From assembly GCA_964016885.1 (NCBI GenBank), contig OZ024744.1:4030001-4094000 (forward strand): a stretch of DNA of 64,000 nucleotides. The letters are read 5' to 3'. This DNA comes from Eledone cirrhosa (Eukaryota). The stretch's first letter is position 1, and the number at the start of each line of letters is the position of its first letter. The notes beneath the pieces were generated by a model. It searched no databases. It saw only the letters and a list, made by a program, of their open reading frames with translations, and had not been told where the DNA came from. Below, one piece after another: positions 27,501-41,500 of the stretch. The translations under genes were made by a program, and so were the position numbers.

Positions 27501-27860
27501 TTTTGGGAGAAGACAAGGTAGAGAAAGATAGCTTGGTGAAGAACGACTTTTTGAGGGAAGACAAGGTAGAGAAAGATAGCTTGGTGAAGAACGAAGTTTT
27601 GGGGAAGACAATGTAGAGAAAGATATCTTGGTGAAGAACGAAGTTTTGACGGAAGACAAGGTAGAGAAAGATAGCTTGGTGAAGAACGAAGTTTTGGGGG
27701 AAGACAAGTTAGAGAAAGATAGCTTGGTGAAGAACGAAGTTTTGGGGAAAGACGAGGTAGAGAAAGATAGCTTGGTGAACAACGAAGTTTTGGGGGAAGA
27801 CAAGGTAGAGAAAGATAGCTTGGTGAATAACGAAGTTTTGGGAGAAGACAAGGTAGAGAA
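24600..27860 (+). repeat. ~3.2-kb higher-order block, first copy (further copies at ~46910-50175, ~51280-54040, ~56920-60180, partial ~62700-64000)
   Basis: The same ORF series recurs at offsets 22313 (24659/46972 to 27628/49941) and 32320 (24659/56979). Four 717-aa minus ORFs of equal length start at 25411, 47724, 51554 and 57731. The copies share GGTATAG, TTGCGGGAT and GGGAAAGACGAG. Confidence 0.9.
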
Positions 27861-30800
27861 AGATAGCTTGGTGAAGAACGAAGTTTTGGGGGAAGACAAG
27901 GTAGAGAAAGATAGCTTGGTGAAGAACGAAGTTTTGGGGGAAGACGAGGTAGAGAAAGATAGCTTGGTGAACAACGAAGTTTTGGGGGAAGACAAGGTAG
28001 AGAAAGATAGCTTGGTGAAGAACGAAGTTTTGGGGAAGACAATGTAGAGAAAGATAGCTTGGTGAAGAACGAAGTTTTGGGGGAAGACAAGGTAGAGAAA
28101 GATAGCTTGGTGAAGAACGAAGTTCTGAGGGAAGACAAGGTAGAGAAAGATAGCTTGGTGAAGAACGACGTTTTGTGGGAAGACAAGGTAGAGAAAGATA
28201 TCTTGGTGAAGAACGAAGTTTTGACGGAAGACAAGGTAGAGAAAGATAGCTTGCGAAGAACGAAGTTTTGGGGGAAGACAAGGTAGAGAAAGATAGCTTG
28301 GTGAAGAACGAAGTTTTGTGGGAGGACAAGGTAGAGAAAGATAGCTTGGTGAAGAACGACGTTTTGAGGGAAGACAAGGTAGAGAAAGATAGCTTGGTGA
28401 AGAACGAAGTTTTGAAGGAAGACAAGGTAGAGAAAGATAGCTTGGTGAAGAATGACGTTTTGTGGGAAGACAAGGTAGAGAAAGATAGCTTGGTGAAGAA
28501 CGAAGTTTTGGGGGAAGACAAGGTCGAAAAATATAGCTTGGTGAAGAACGAAGTTTTGAGGGAAGACAAGGTAGAGAAAGATAGCTTGGTGAAGAACGAA
28601 GTTTTGGGGGAAGACAAGGTAGAGAAAGATAGCTTGGTGAAGAACGAAGTTTTGAGGGAAGACAAGGTAGAGAAAGATAGCTTGGTGAAGAACGACGTTT
28701 TGTGGGAAGACAAGGTAGAGAAAGATAGCTTGGTGAAGAACGAAGTTTTGGGGGAAGACAAGGTAGAGAAAGATAGCTTGGTGAAGAACGAAGTTTTGAG
28801 GGAAGACAAAGTAGAGAAAGATAGCTTGGTGAAGAACGAAGTTTTGTGGGAGGACAAGGTAGAGAAAGATAGCTTGGAGAAGAACGAAGTTTTGGGGGAA
28901 GACAAGGTAGATAAAGATAGCTTGGTGAAGAACGAAGTTTTGGTGGAAGACGAGGTAGAGAAAGATAGCTTGGTGAACAACGAAGTTTTGGGGGAAGACA
29001 AGGTAGAGAAAGATAGCTTGGTGAAGAACGAAGTTTTGGGGAAGACAATGTAGAGAAAGATAGCTTGGTGAAGAACGAAGTTTTGGGGGAAGACAAGGTA
29101 GAGAAAGATAGCTTGGTGAAGAACGACGTTTTGAGGGAAGACAAGGTAGAGAAAGATAGCTTGGTGAAGAACGAAGTTTTGAAGGAAGACAAGGTAGAGA
29201 AAGATAGCTTGGTGAAGAATGACGTTTTGTGGGAAGACAAGGTAGAGAAAGATAGCTTGGTGAAGAACGAAGTTTTGAGGGAAGACAAGGTAGAGAAAGA
29301 TAGCTTGGTGAATAACGAAGTTTTGGGGGAAGACAAGGTCGAAAAAGATAGCTTGGTGAAGAACGAAGTTTTGAGGGAAGACAAGGTAGAGAAAGATAGC
29401 TTGGTGAAGAACGAAGTTTTGGGGGAAGACAAGGTAGAGAAAGATAGCTTGGTGAAGAATGAAGTTTTGAGGGAAGACAAGGTAGCGAAAGATAGCTTGG
29501 TGAATAACGAAGTTTTGGGGGAAGACAAGGTAGAGAAAGATAGCTTGGTGAATAACGAAGTTTTGGGAGAAGACAAGGTCGAGAAAGATAGCTTGGTGAA
29601 GAACGAAATTTTGAGGGAAGACAAGGTAGAGAAAGATAGCTTGGTGAAGAACGACGTTTTGAGGGAAGACAAAATAGAGAAAGATAGCTTGGTGAAGAAC
29701 GACGTTTTGTGGGATGACAAGGTAGAGAAAGATGACTTGGTGAAGAACCAAGTTTTGGGGGAAGACAAGGTAGATAAAGATAGCTTGGTGAAGAACGAAG
29801 TTTTGGGGGAATACAAGGTAGAGAAAGATAGCTTGGTGAAGAACGACGTTTTGAGGGAAGACAAGGTAGAGAAAGATAGCTTGGTGAAGAACGAAGTTTT
29901 GAAGGAAGACAAGGTAGAGAAAGATAGCTTGGTGAAGAATGACGTTTTGTGGGAAGACAAGGTAGAGAAAGATAGCTTGGTGAAGAACGAAGTTTTGAGG
30001 GAAGACAAGGTAGAGAAAGATAGCTTGGTGAATAACGAAGTTTTGGGGGAAGACAAGGTAGAGAAAGATAGCTTGTTGAAGAACGACTTTTTGAGGGAAG
30101 ACAAGGTAGAGAAAGATAGCTTGGTGAAGAACGAAGTTTTGGGGAAGACAATGTAGAGAAAGATATCTTGGTGAAGAACGAAGTTTTGACGGAAGACAAG
30201 GTAGAGAAAGATAGCTTGGTGAAGAATGACGTTTTGTGGGAAGACAAGGTAGAGAAAGATAGCTTGGTGAAGAACGACGTTTTGTGGGAAGACAAGGTAG
30301 AGAAAGATAGCTTGGTGAAGAACGAAGTTTTGTGGGAAGACAAGGTAGAGAAAGATAGCTTGGTGAAGAACGAAGTTTTGGGGGAAGACAAGGTAGAGAA
30401 AGATAGCTTGGTGAAGAACGAAGTTTTGGGGGAAGACGAGGTAGAGAAAGATAGCTTGGTGAACAACGAAGTTTTGGGGGAAGACAAGGTAGAGAAAGAT
30501 AGCTTGGTGAAGAACGAAGTTTTGGGGAAGACAATGTAGAGAAAGATAGCTTGGTGAAGAACGAAGTTTTGGGGGAAGACAAGGTAGAGAAAGATAGCTT
30601 GGTGAAGAACGAAGTTCTGAGGGAAGACAAGGTAGAGAAAGATAGGTTGGTGAAGAACGACGTTTTGTGGGAAGACAAGGTAGAGAAAGATATCTTGGTG
30701 AAGAACGAAGTTTTGACGGAAGACAAGGTAGAGAAAGATAGCTTGCGAAGAACGAAGTTTTGGGGGAAGACAAGGTAGAGAAAGATAGCTTGGTGAAGAA

Positions 30801-32550
30801 CGAAGTTTTGTGGGAGGACAAGGTAGAGAAAGATAGCTTGGTGAAGAACGACGTTTTGAGGGAAGACAAGGTAGAGAAAGATAGCTTGGTGAAGAACGAA
30901 GTTTTGAAGGAAGACAAGGTAGAGAAAGATAGCTTGGTGAAGAATGACGTTTTGTGGGAAGACAAGGTAGAGAAAGATAGCTTGGTGAAGAACGAAGTTT
31001 TGGGGGAAGACAAGGTCGAAAAATATAGCTTGGTGAAGAACGAAGTTTTGAGGGAAGACAAGGTAGAGAAAGATAGCTTGGTGAAGAACGAAGTTTTGGG
31101 GGAAGACAAGGTAGAGAAAGATAGCTTGGTGAAGAACGAAGTTTTGAGGGAAGACAAGGTAGAGAAAGATAGCTTGGTGAAGAACGACGTTTTGTGGGAA
31201 GACAAGGTAGAGAAAGATAGCTTGGTGAAGAACGAAGTTTTGGGGGAAGACAAGGTAGAGAAAGATAGCTTGGTGAAGAACGAAGTTTTGAGGGAAGACA
31301 AAGTAGAGAAAGATAGCTTGGTGAAGAACGAAGTTTTGTGGGAGGACAAGGTAGAGAAAGATAGCTTGGAGAAGAACGAAGTTTTGGGGGAAGACAAGGT
31401 AGATAAAGATAGCTTGGTGAAGAACGAAGTTTTGGTGGAAGACGAGGTAGAGAAAGATAGCTTGGTGAACAACGAAGTTTTGGGGGAAGACAAGGTAGAG
31501 AAAGATAGCTTGGTGAAGAACGAAGTTTTGGGGAAGACAATGTAGAGAAAGATAGCTTGGTGAAGAACGAAGTTTTGGGGGAAGACAAGGTAGAGAAAGA
31601 TAGCTTGGTGAAGAACGACGTTTTGAGGGAAGACAAGGTAGAGAAAGATAGCTTGGTGAAGAACGAAGTTTTGAAGGAAGACAAGGTAGAGAAAGATAGC
31701 TTGGTGAAGAATGACGTTTTGTGGGAAGACAAGGTAGAGAAAGATAGCTTGGTGAAGAACGAAGTTTTGAGGGAAGACAAGGTAGAGAAAGATAGCTTGG
31801 TGAATAACGAAGTTTTGGGGGAAGACAAGGTCGAAAAAGATAGCTTGGTGAAGAACGAAGTTTTGAGGGAAGACAAGGTAGAGAAAGATAGCTTGGTGAA
31901 GAACGAAGTTTTGGGGGAAGACAAGGTAGAGAAAGATAGCTTGGTGAAGAATGAAGTTTTGAGGGAAGACAAGGTAGCGAAAGATAGCTTGGTGAATAAC
32001 GAAGTTTTGGGGGAAGACAAGGTAGAGAAAGATAGCTTGGTGAATAACGAAGTTTTGGGAGAAGACAAGGTCGAGAAAGATAGCTTGGTGAAGAACGAAA
32101 TTTTGAGGGAAGACAAGGTAGAGAAAGATAGCTTGGTGAAGAACGACGTTTTGAGGGAAGACAAAATAGAGAAAGATAGCTTGGTGAAGAACGACGTTTT
32201 GTGGGATGACAAGGTAGAGAAAGATGACTTGGTGAAGAACCAAGTTTTGGGGGAAGACAAGGTAGATAAAGATAGCTTGGTGAAGAACGAAGTTTTGGGG
32301 GAATACAAGGTAGAGAAAGATAGCTTGGTGAAGAACGACGTTTTGAGGGAAGACAAGGTAGAGAAAGATAGCTTGGTGAAGAACGAAGTTTTGAAGGAAG
32401 ACAAGGTAGAGAAAGATAGCTTGGTGAAGAATGACGTTTTGTGGGAAGACAAGGTAGAGAAAGATAGCTTGGTGAAGAACGAAGTTTTGAGGGAAGACAA
32501 GGTAGAGAAAGATAGCTTGGTGAATAACGAAGTTTTGGGGGAAGACAAGG
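27850..32550 (+). repeat. Near-tandem duplication, offset 2492 bp (52 monomers minus 4 nt)
   Basis: ORF pairs are 28059/30551, 28268/30760 and 29065/31557. AATGAAGTT is shared at ~29458 and ~31950. Confidence 0.9.
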
Positions 32551-35500
32551 TCGAAAAAGATAGCTTGGTGAAGAACGAAGTTTTGAGGGAAGACAAGGTA
32601 GAGAAAGATAGCTTGGTGAAGAACGAAGTTTTGGGGAAGATAAGGTAGAGAAAGATAGCTAGGTGAAGAACGAAGTTTTGAGGGAAGACAAGGTAGAGAA
32701 AGATAGCTTGGTGAAGAACGACGTTTTGTGGGAAGACAAGGTAGAGAAAGATAGCTTGGGGAAGAACGAAGTTTTGGGGGAAGACAAGGTAGAGAAAGAT
32801 AGCTTGGTGAACAACGAAGTTTTGGGGGAAGACAAGGTAGAGAAAGATAGCTTGGTGAAGAACGAAGTTTTGGGGAAGACAATGTAGAGAAAGATAGCTT
32901 GGTGAAGAACGAAGTTTTGGGGGAAGACAAGGTAGAGAAAGATAGCTTGGTGAAGAACGAAGTTTTGAGGGAAGACAAGGTAGCGAAAGATAGCTTGGTG
33001 AATAACGAAGTTTTGGGGGAAGACAAGGTAGAGAAAGATAGCTTGGTGAATAACGAAGTTTTGGGAGAAGACAAGGTCGAGAAAGATAGCTTGGTGAAGA
33101 ACGAAATTTTGAGGGAAGACAAGGTAGAGGAAGATAGCTTGGTGAAGAACGACGTTTTGAGGGAAGACAAAATAGAGAAAGATAGCTTGGTGAAGAACGA
33201 CGTTTTGTGGGATGACAAGGTAGAGAAAGATGACTTGGTGAAGAACCAAGTTTTGGGGGAAGACAAGGTAGATAAAGATAGCTTGGTGAAGAACGAAGTT
33301 TTGGGGGAATACAAGGTAGAGAAAGATAGCTTGGTGAAGAACGACGTTTTGAGGGAAGACAACGTAGAGAAAGATAGCTTGGTGAAGAACGAAGTTTTGG
33401 GGAAGACAATGTAGAGAAAGATAGCTTGGTGAAGAACGAAGTTTTGGGGGAAGACAAGGTAGAGAAAGATAGCTTGGTGAAGAACGGAGTTGTCAGGGAA
33501 GACAAGGTAGAGACAGATAGCTTGGTGAAGAACGACGTTTTGTGGGAAGACAAGGTAGAGAAAGATATCTTGGTGAAGAACGAAGTTTTGACGGAAGACA
33601 AGGTAGAGAAAGATAGCTTGCGAAGAACGAAGTTTTGGGGGAAGACAAGGTAGAGAAAGATAGCTTGGTGAAGAACGAAGTTTTGTGGGAGGACAAGGTA
33701 GAGAAAGATAGCTTGGTGAAGAACGACGTTTTGAGGGAAGACAAGGTAGAGAAAGATAGCTTGGTGAAGAACGAAGTTTTGAAGGAAGACAAGGTAGAGA
33801 AAGATAGCTTGGTGAAGAATGACGTTTTGTGGGAAGACAAGGTAGAGAAAGATAGCTTGGTGAAGAACGAAGTTTTGAGGGAAGACAAGGTAGAGAAAGA
33901 TAGCTTGGTGAATAACGAAGTTTTGGGAGAAGACAAGGTCGAGAAAGATAGCTTGGTGAAGAACGAAATTTTGAGGGAAGACAAGGTAGAGAAAGATAGC
34001 TTGGTGAAGAACGACGTTTTGAGGGAAGACAAAATAGAGAAAGATAGCTTGGTGAAGAACGACGTTTTGTGGGATGACAAGGTAGAGAAAGATGACTTGG
34101 TGAAGAACCAAGTTTTGGGGGAAGACAAGGTAGATAAAGATAGCTTGGTGAAGAACGAAGTTTTGGGGGAATACAAGGTAGAGAAAGATAGCTTGGTGAA
34201 GAACGACGTTTTGAGGGAAGACAACGTAGAGAAAGATAGCTTGGTGAAGAACGAAGTTTTGGGGAAGACAATGTAGAGAAAGATAGCTTGGTGAAGAACG
34301 AAGTTTTGGGGGAAGACAAGGTAGAGAAAGATAGCTTGGTGAAGAACGGAGTTGTCAGGGAAGACAAGGTAGAGAAAGATAGCTTGGTGAAGAACGACGT
34401 TTTGTGGGAAGACAAGGTAGAGAAAGATATCTTGGTGAAGAACGAAGTTTTGACGGAAGACAAGGTAGAGAAAGATAGCTTGCGAAGAACGAAGTTTTGG
34501 GGGAAGACAAGGTAGAGAAAGATAGCTTGGTGAAGAACGAAGTTTTGTGGGAGGACAAGGTAGAGAAAGATAGCTTGGTGAAGAACGACGTTTTGAGGGA
34601 AGACAAGGTAGAGAAAGATAGCTTGGTGAAGAACGAAGTTTTGAAGGAAGACAAGGTAGAGAAAGATAGCTTGGTGAAGAATGACGTTTTGTGGGAAGAC
34701 AAGGTAGAGAAAGATAGCTTGGTGAAGAACGAAGTTTTGAGGGAAGACAAGGTAGAGAAAGATAGCTTGGTGAATAACGAAGTTTTGGGGGAAGACAAGG
34801 TCGAAAAAGATAGCTTGGTGAAGAACGAAGTTTTGAGGGAAGACAAGGTAGAGAAAGATAGCTTGGTGAAGAACGAAGTTTTGGGGAAGATAAGGTAGAG
34901 AAAGATAGCTAGGTGAAGAACGAAGTTTTGAGGGAAGACAAGGTAGAGAAAGATAGCTTGGTGAAGAACGACGTTTTGTGGGAAGACAAGGTAGAGAAAG
35001 ATAGCTTGGGGAAGAACGAAGTTTTGGGGGAAGACAAGGTAGAGAAAGATAGCTTGGTGAAGTACGAAGTTTTGGGGGAAGACGAGGTAGAGAAAGATAG
35101 CTTGGTGAACAACGAAGTTTTGGGGGAAGACAAGGTAGAGAAAGATAGCTTGGTGAAGAACGAAGTTTTGGGGAAGACAATGTAGAGAAAGATAGCTTGG
35201 TGAAGAACGAAGTTTTGGGGGAAGACAAGGTAGAGAAAGATAGCTTGGTGAAGAACGAAGGTTTGAGGGAAGACAAGGTAGAGAAAGATAGCTTGGTGAA
35301 TAACGAAGTTTTGGGAGAAGACAAGGTAGAGAAAGATAGCTTGGTGAAGAACGACTTTTTGAGGGAAGACAAGGTAGAGAAAGATAGCTTGGTGAAGAAC
35401 GAAGTTTTGGGGAAGACAATGTAGAGAAAGATATCTTGGTGAAGAACGAAGTTTTGACGGAAGACAAGGTAGAGAAAGATAGCTTGGTGAAGAATGACGT

Positions 35501-38500
35501 TTTGTGGGAAGACAAGGTAGAGAAAGATAGCTTGGTGAAGAACGACGTTTTGTGGGAAGACAAGGTAGAGAAAGATAGCTTGGTGAAGAACGAAGTTTTG
35601 GGGAAGATAAGGTAGAGAAAGATAGCTAGGTGAAGAACGAAGTTTTGAGGGAAGACAAGGTAGAGAAAGATAGCTTGGTGAAGAACGACGTTTTGTGGGA
35701 AGACAAGGTAGAGAAAGATAGCTTGGGGAAGAACGAAGTTTTGGGGGAAGACAAGGTAGAGAAAGATAGCTTGGTGAAGTACGAAGTTTTGGGGGAAGAC
35801 GAGGTAGAGAAAGATAGCTTGGTGAACAACGAAGTTTTGGGGGAAGACAAGGTAGAGAAAGATAGCTTGGTGAAGAACGACGTTTTGTGGGAAGACAAGG
35901 TAGAGAAAGATAGCTTGGGGAAGAACGAAGTTTTGGGGGAAGACAAGGTAGAGAAAGATAGCTTGGTGAAGTACGAAGTTTTGGGGGAAGACGAGGTAGA
36001 GAAAGATAGCTTGGTGAACAACGAAGTTTTGGGGGAAGACAAGGTAGAGAAAGATAGCTTGGTGAAGAACGAAGTTTTGGGGAAGACAATGTAGAGAAAG
36101 ATAGCTTGGTGAAGAACGAAGTTTTGGGGGAAGACAAGGTAGAGAAAGATAGCTTGGTGAAGAACGAAGGTTTGGGGGAAGACAAGGTAGAGAAAGATAG
36201 CTTGGTGAATAACGAAGTTTTGGGAGAAGACAAGGTAGAGAAAGATAGCTTGGTGAAGAACGACTTTTTGAGGGAAGACAAGGTAGAGAAAGATAGCTTG
36301 GTGAAGAACGAAGTTTTGGGGAAGACAATGTAGAGAAAGATATCTTGGTGAAGAACGAAGTTTTGACGGAAGACAAGGTAGAGAAAGATAGCTTGGTGAA
36401 GAATGACGTTTTGTGGGAAGACAAGGTAGAGAAAGATAGCTTGGTGAAGAACGACGTTTTGTGGGAAGACAAGGTAGAGAAAGATAGCTTGGTGAAGAAC
36501 GAAGTTTTGGGGAAGATAAGGTAGAGAAAGATAGCTAGGTGAAGAACGAAGTTTTGAGGGAAGACAAGGTAGAGAAAGATAGCTTGGTGAAGAACGACGT
36601 TTTGTGGGAAGACAAGGTAGAGAAAGATAGCTTGGGGAAGAACGAAGTTTTGGGGGAAGACAAGGTAGAGAAAGATAGCTTGGTGAAGTACGAAGTTTTG
36701 GGGGAAGACGAGGTAGAGAAAGATAGCTTGGTGAACAACGAAGTTTTGGGGGAAGACAAGGTAGAGAAAGATAGCTTGGTGAAGAACGAAGTTTTGGGGA
36801 AGACAATGTAGAGAAAGATAGCTTGGTGAAGAACGAAGTTTTGGGGGAAGACAAGGTAGAGAAAGATAGCTTGGTGAAGAACGAAGGTTTGAGGGAAGAC
36901 AAGGTAGAGAAAGATAGCTTGGTGAATAACGAAGTTTTGGGAGAAGACAAGGTAGAGAAAGATAGCTTGGTGAAGAACGACTTTTTGAGGGAAGACAAGG
37001 TAGAGAAAGATAGCTTGGTGAAGAACGAAGTTTTGGGGAAGACAATGTAGAGAAAGATATCTTGGTGAAGAACGAAGTTTTGACGGAAGACAAGGTAGAG
37101 AAAGATAGCTTGGTGAAGAATGACGTTTTGTGGGAAGACAAGGTAGAGAAAGATAGCCTGGTGAAGAACGACGTTTTGTGGGAAGACAAGGTAGAGAAAG
37201 ATAGCTTGGTGAAGAACGAAGTTTTGTGGGAAGACAAGGTAGAGAAAGATAGCTTGGTGAAGAACGAAGTTTTGGGGGAAGACAAGGTAGAGAAAGATAG
37301 CTTGGTGAAGAACGAAGTTTTGGGGGAAGACGAGGTAGAGAAAGATAGCTTGGTGAACAACGAAGTTTTGGGGGAAGACAAGGTAGAGAAAGATAGCTTG
37401 GTGAATAACGAAGTTTTGGGAGAAGACAAGGTAGAGAAAGATAGCTTGGTGAAGAACGATGTTTTGAGGGAAGACAAGGTAGAGAAAGATAGCTTGGTGA
37501 AGAACGACGTTTTGAGGGAAGACAAGGTAGAGAAAGATAGCTTGGTGAAGAACGACGTTTTGTGGGAAGACAAGGTAGAGAAAGATAGCTTGGTGAAGAA
37601 CGAAGTTTTGGGGGAAGACAAGGTAGAGAAAGATAGCTTGCGAAGAACGAAGTTTTGGGGGAAGACAAGGTAGAGAAAGATAGCTTGGTGAAGAACGAAG
37701 TTTTGGGGGAAGACAAGGTAGAGAAAGATAGCTTGGTGAAGAACGACGTTTTGAGGGAAGACGAGGTAGAGAAAGATAGCTTGGTGAAGAACGAAGTTTT
37801 GAGGGAAGACAAGCTAGAGAAAGATAGCTTGGTGAAGAACGATGTTTTGAGGGAAGACAAGGTAGAAAAAGATAGCTTGGTGAAGAACGACGTTTTGAGG
37901 GAAGACAAGGTAGAGAAAGATAGCTTGGTGAAGAACGACGTTTTGTGGGAAGACAAGATAGAGAAAGATAGCTTGGTGAAGAACGAAGTTTTGGGGGAAG
38001 ACAAGGTAGAGAAAGATAGCTTGGTGAAGAACGAAGTTTTGGGGGAAGACAAGGTAGAGAAAGAGAGCTTGGTGAAGAACGACGTTTTGATGAAAGACAA
38101 GGTAGAGAAAGATAGCTTGGTGAAGAACGAAGTTTTGGGGAAGACAATGTAGAGAAAGATAGCTTGGTGAAGAACGAAGTTTTGGGGGAAGACAAGGTAG
38201 AGAAAGATAGCTTGGTGAAGAACGAAGTTCTGGGGGAAGACAAGGTAGAGAAAGATAGCTTGGTGAAGAACGAAGTTTTGAAGGAAGACAAGGTAGAGAA
38301 AGATAGCTTGGTGAAGAATGACGTTTTGTGGGAAGACAAGGTAGAGAAAGATAGCTTGGTGAAGAACGAAGTTTTGGGGGAAGACAAGGTCGAAAAATAT
38401 AGCTTGGTGAAGAACGAAGTTTTGAGGGAAGACAAGGTAGAGAAAGATAGCTTGGTGAAGAACGAAGTTTTGGGGGAAGACAAGGTAGAGAAAGATAGCT

Positions 38501-41500
38501 TGGTGAAGAACGAAGTTTTGAGGGAAGACAAGGTAGAGAAAGATAGCTTGGTGAAGAACGACGTTTTGTGGGAAGACAAGGTAGAGAAAGATAGCTTGGT
38601 GAAGAACGAAGTTTTGGGGGAAGACAAGGTAGAGAAAGATAGCTTGGTGAAGAACGAAGTTTTGAGGGAAGACAAAGTAGAGAAAGATAGCTTGGTGAAG
38701 AACGAAGTTTTGTGGGAGGACAAGGTAGAGAAAGATAGCTTGGAGAAGAACGAAGTTTTGGGGGAAGACAAGGTAGATAAAGATAGCTTGGTGAAGAACG
38801 AAGTTTTGGTGGAAGACGAGGTAGAGAAAGATAGCTTGGTGAACAACGAAGTTTTGGGGGAAGACAAGGTAGAGAAAGATAGCTTGGTGAAGAACGAAGT
38901 TTTGGGGAAGACAATGTAGAGAAAGATAGCTTGGTGAAGAACGAAGTTTTGGGGGAAGACAAGGTAGAGAAAGATAGCTTGGTGAAGAACGACGTTTTGA
39001 GGGAAGACAAGGTAGAGAAAGATAGCTTGGTGAAGAACGAAGTTTTGAAGGAAGACAAGGTAGAGAAAGATAGCTTGGTGAAGAATGACGTTTTGTGGGA
39101 AGACAAGGTAGAGAAAGATAGCTTGGTGAAGAACGAAGTTTTGAGGGAAGACAAGGTAGAGAAAGATAGCTTGGTGAATAACGAAGTTTTGGGGGAAGAC
39201 AAGGTCGAAAAAGATAGCTTGGTGAAGAACGAAGTTTTGAGGGAAGACAAGGTAGAGAAAGATAGCTTGGTGAAGAACGAAGTTTTGGGGGAAGACAAGG
39301 TAGAGAAAGATAGCTTGGTGAAGAATGAAGTTTTGAGGGAAGACAAGGTAGCGAAAGATAGCTTGGTGAATAACGAAGTTTTGGGGGAAGACAAGGTAGA
39401 GAAAGATAGCTTGGTGAATAACGAAGTTTTGGGAGAAGACAAGGTCGAGAAAGATAGCTTGGTGAAGAACGAAATTTTGAGGGAAGACAAGGTAGAGAAA
39501 GATAGCTTGGTGAAGAACGACGTTTTGAGGGAAGACAAAATAGAGAAAGATAGCTTGGTGAAGAACGACGTTTTGTGGGATGACAAGGTAGAGAAAGATG
39601 ACTTGGTGAAGAACCAAGTTTTGGGGGAAGACAAGGTAGATAAAGATAGCTTGGTGAAGAACGAAGTTTTGGGGGAATACAAGGTAGAGAAAGATAGCTT
39701 GGTGAAGAACGACGTTTTGAGGGAAGACAAGGTAGAGAAAGATAGCTTGGTGAAGAACGAAGTTTTGAAGGAAGACAAGGTAGAGAAAGATAGCTTGGTG
39801 AAGAATGACGTTTTGTGGGAAGACAAGGTAGAGAAAGATAGCTTGGTGAAGAACGAAGTTTTGAGGGAAGACAAGGTAGAGAAAGATAGCTTGGTGAATA
39901 ACGAAGTTTTGGGGGAAGACAAGGTCGAAAAAGATAGCTTGGTGAAGAACGAAGTTTTGAGGGAAGACAAGGTAGAGAAAGATAGCTTGGTGAAGAACGA
40001 AGTTTTGGGGAAGATAAGGTAGAGAAAGATAGCTAGGTGAAGAACGAAGTTTTGAGGGAAGACAAGGTAGAGAAAGATAGCTTGGTGAAGAACGACGTTT
40101 TGTGGGAAGACAAGGTAGAGAAAGATAGCTTGGGGAAGAACGAAGTTTTGGGGGAAGACAAGGTAGAGAAAGATAGCTTGGTGAAGTACGAAGTTTTGGG
40201 GGAAGACGAGGTAGAGAAAGATAGCTTGGTGAACAACGAAGTTTTGGGGGAAGACAAGGTAGAGAAAGATAGCTTGGTGAAGAACGAAGTTTTGGGGAAG
40301 ACAATGTAGAGAAAGATAGCTTGGTGAAGAACGAAGTTTTGGGGGAAGACAAGGTAGAGAAAGATAGCTTGGTGAAGAACGAAGTTTTGAGGGAAGACAA
40401 GGTAGCGAAAGATAGCTTGGTGAATAACGAAGTTTTGGGGGAAGACAAGGTAGAGAAAGATAGCTTGGTGAATAACGAAGTTTTGGGAGAAGACAAGGTC
40501 GAGAAAGATAGCTTGGTGAAGAACGAAATTTTGAGGGAAGACAAGGTAGAGGAAGATAGCTTGGTGAAGAACGACGTTTTGAGGGAAGACAAAATAGAGA
40601 AAGATAGCTTGGTGAAGAACGACGTTTTGTGGGATGACAAGGTAGAGAAAGATGACTTGGTGAAGAACCAAGTTTTGGGGGAAGACAAGGTAGATAAAGA
40701 TAGCTTGGTGAAGAACGAAGTTTTGGGGGAATACAAGGTAGAGAAAGATAGCTTGGTGAAGAACGACGTTTTGAGGGAAGACAACGTAGAGAAAGATAGC
40801 TTGGTGAAGAACGAAGTTTTGGGGAAGACAATGTAGAGAAAGATAGCTTGGTGAAGAACGAAGTTTTGGGGGAAGACAAGGTAGAGAAAGATAGCTTGGT
40901 GAAGAACGGAGTTGTCAGGGAAGACAAGGTAGAGACAGATAGCTTGGTGAAGAACGACGTTTTGTGGGAAGACAAGGTAGAGAAAGATATCTTGGTGAAG
41001 AACGAAGTTTTGACGGAAGACAAGGTAGAGAAAGATAGCTTGCGAAGAACGAAGTTTTGGGGGAAGACAAGGTAGAGAAAGATAGCTTGGTGAAGAACGA
41101 AGTTTTGTGGGAGGACAAGGTAGAGAAAGATAGCTTGGTGAAGAACGACGTTTTGAGGGAAGACAAGGTAGAGAAAGATAGCTTGGTGAAGAACGAAGTT
41201 TTGAAGGAAGACAAGGTAGAGAAAGATAGCTTGGTGAAGAATGACGTTTTGTGGGAAGACAAGGTAGAGAAAGATAGCTTGGTGAAGAACGAAGTTTTGA
41301 GGGAAGACAAGGTAGAGAAAGATAGCTTGGTGAATAACGAAGTTTTGGGAGAAGACAAGGTCGAGAAAGATAGCTTGGTGAAGAACGAAATTTTGAGGGA
41401 AGACAAGGTAGAGAAAGATAGCTTGGTGAAGAACGACGTTTTGAGGGAAGACAAAATAGAGAAAGATAGCTTGGTGAAGAACGACGTTTTGTGGGATGAC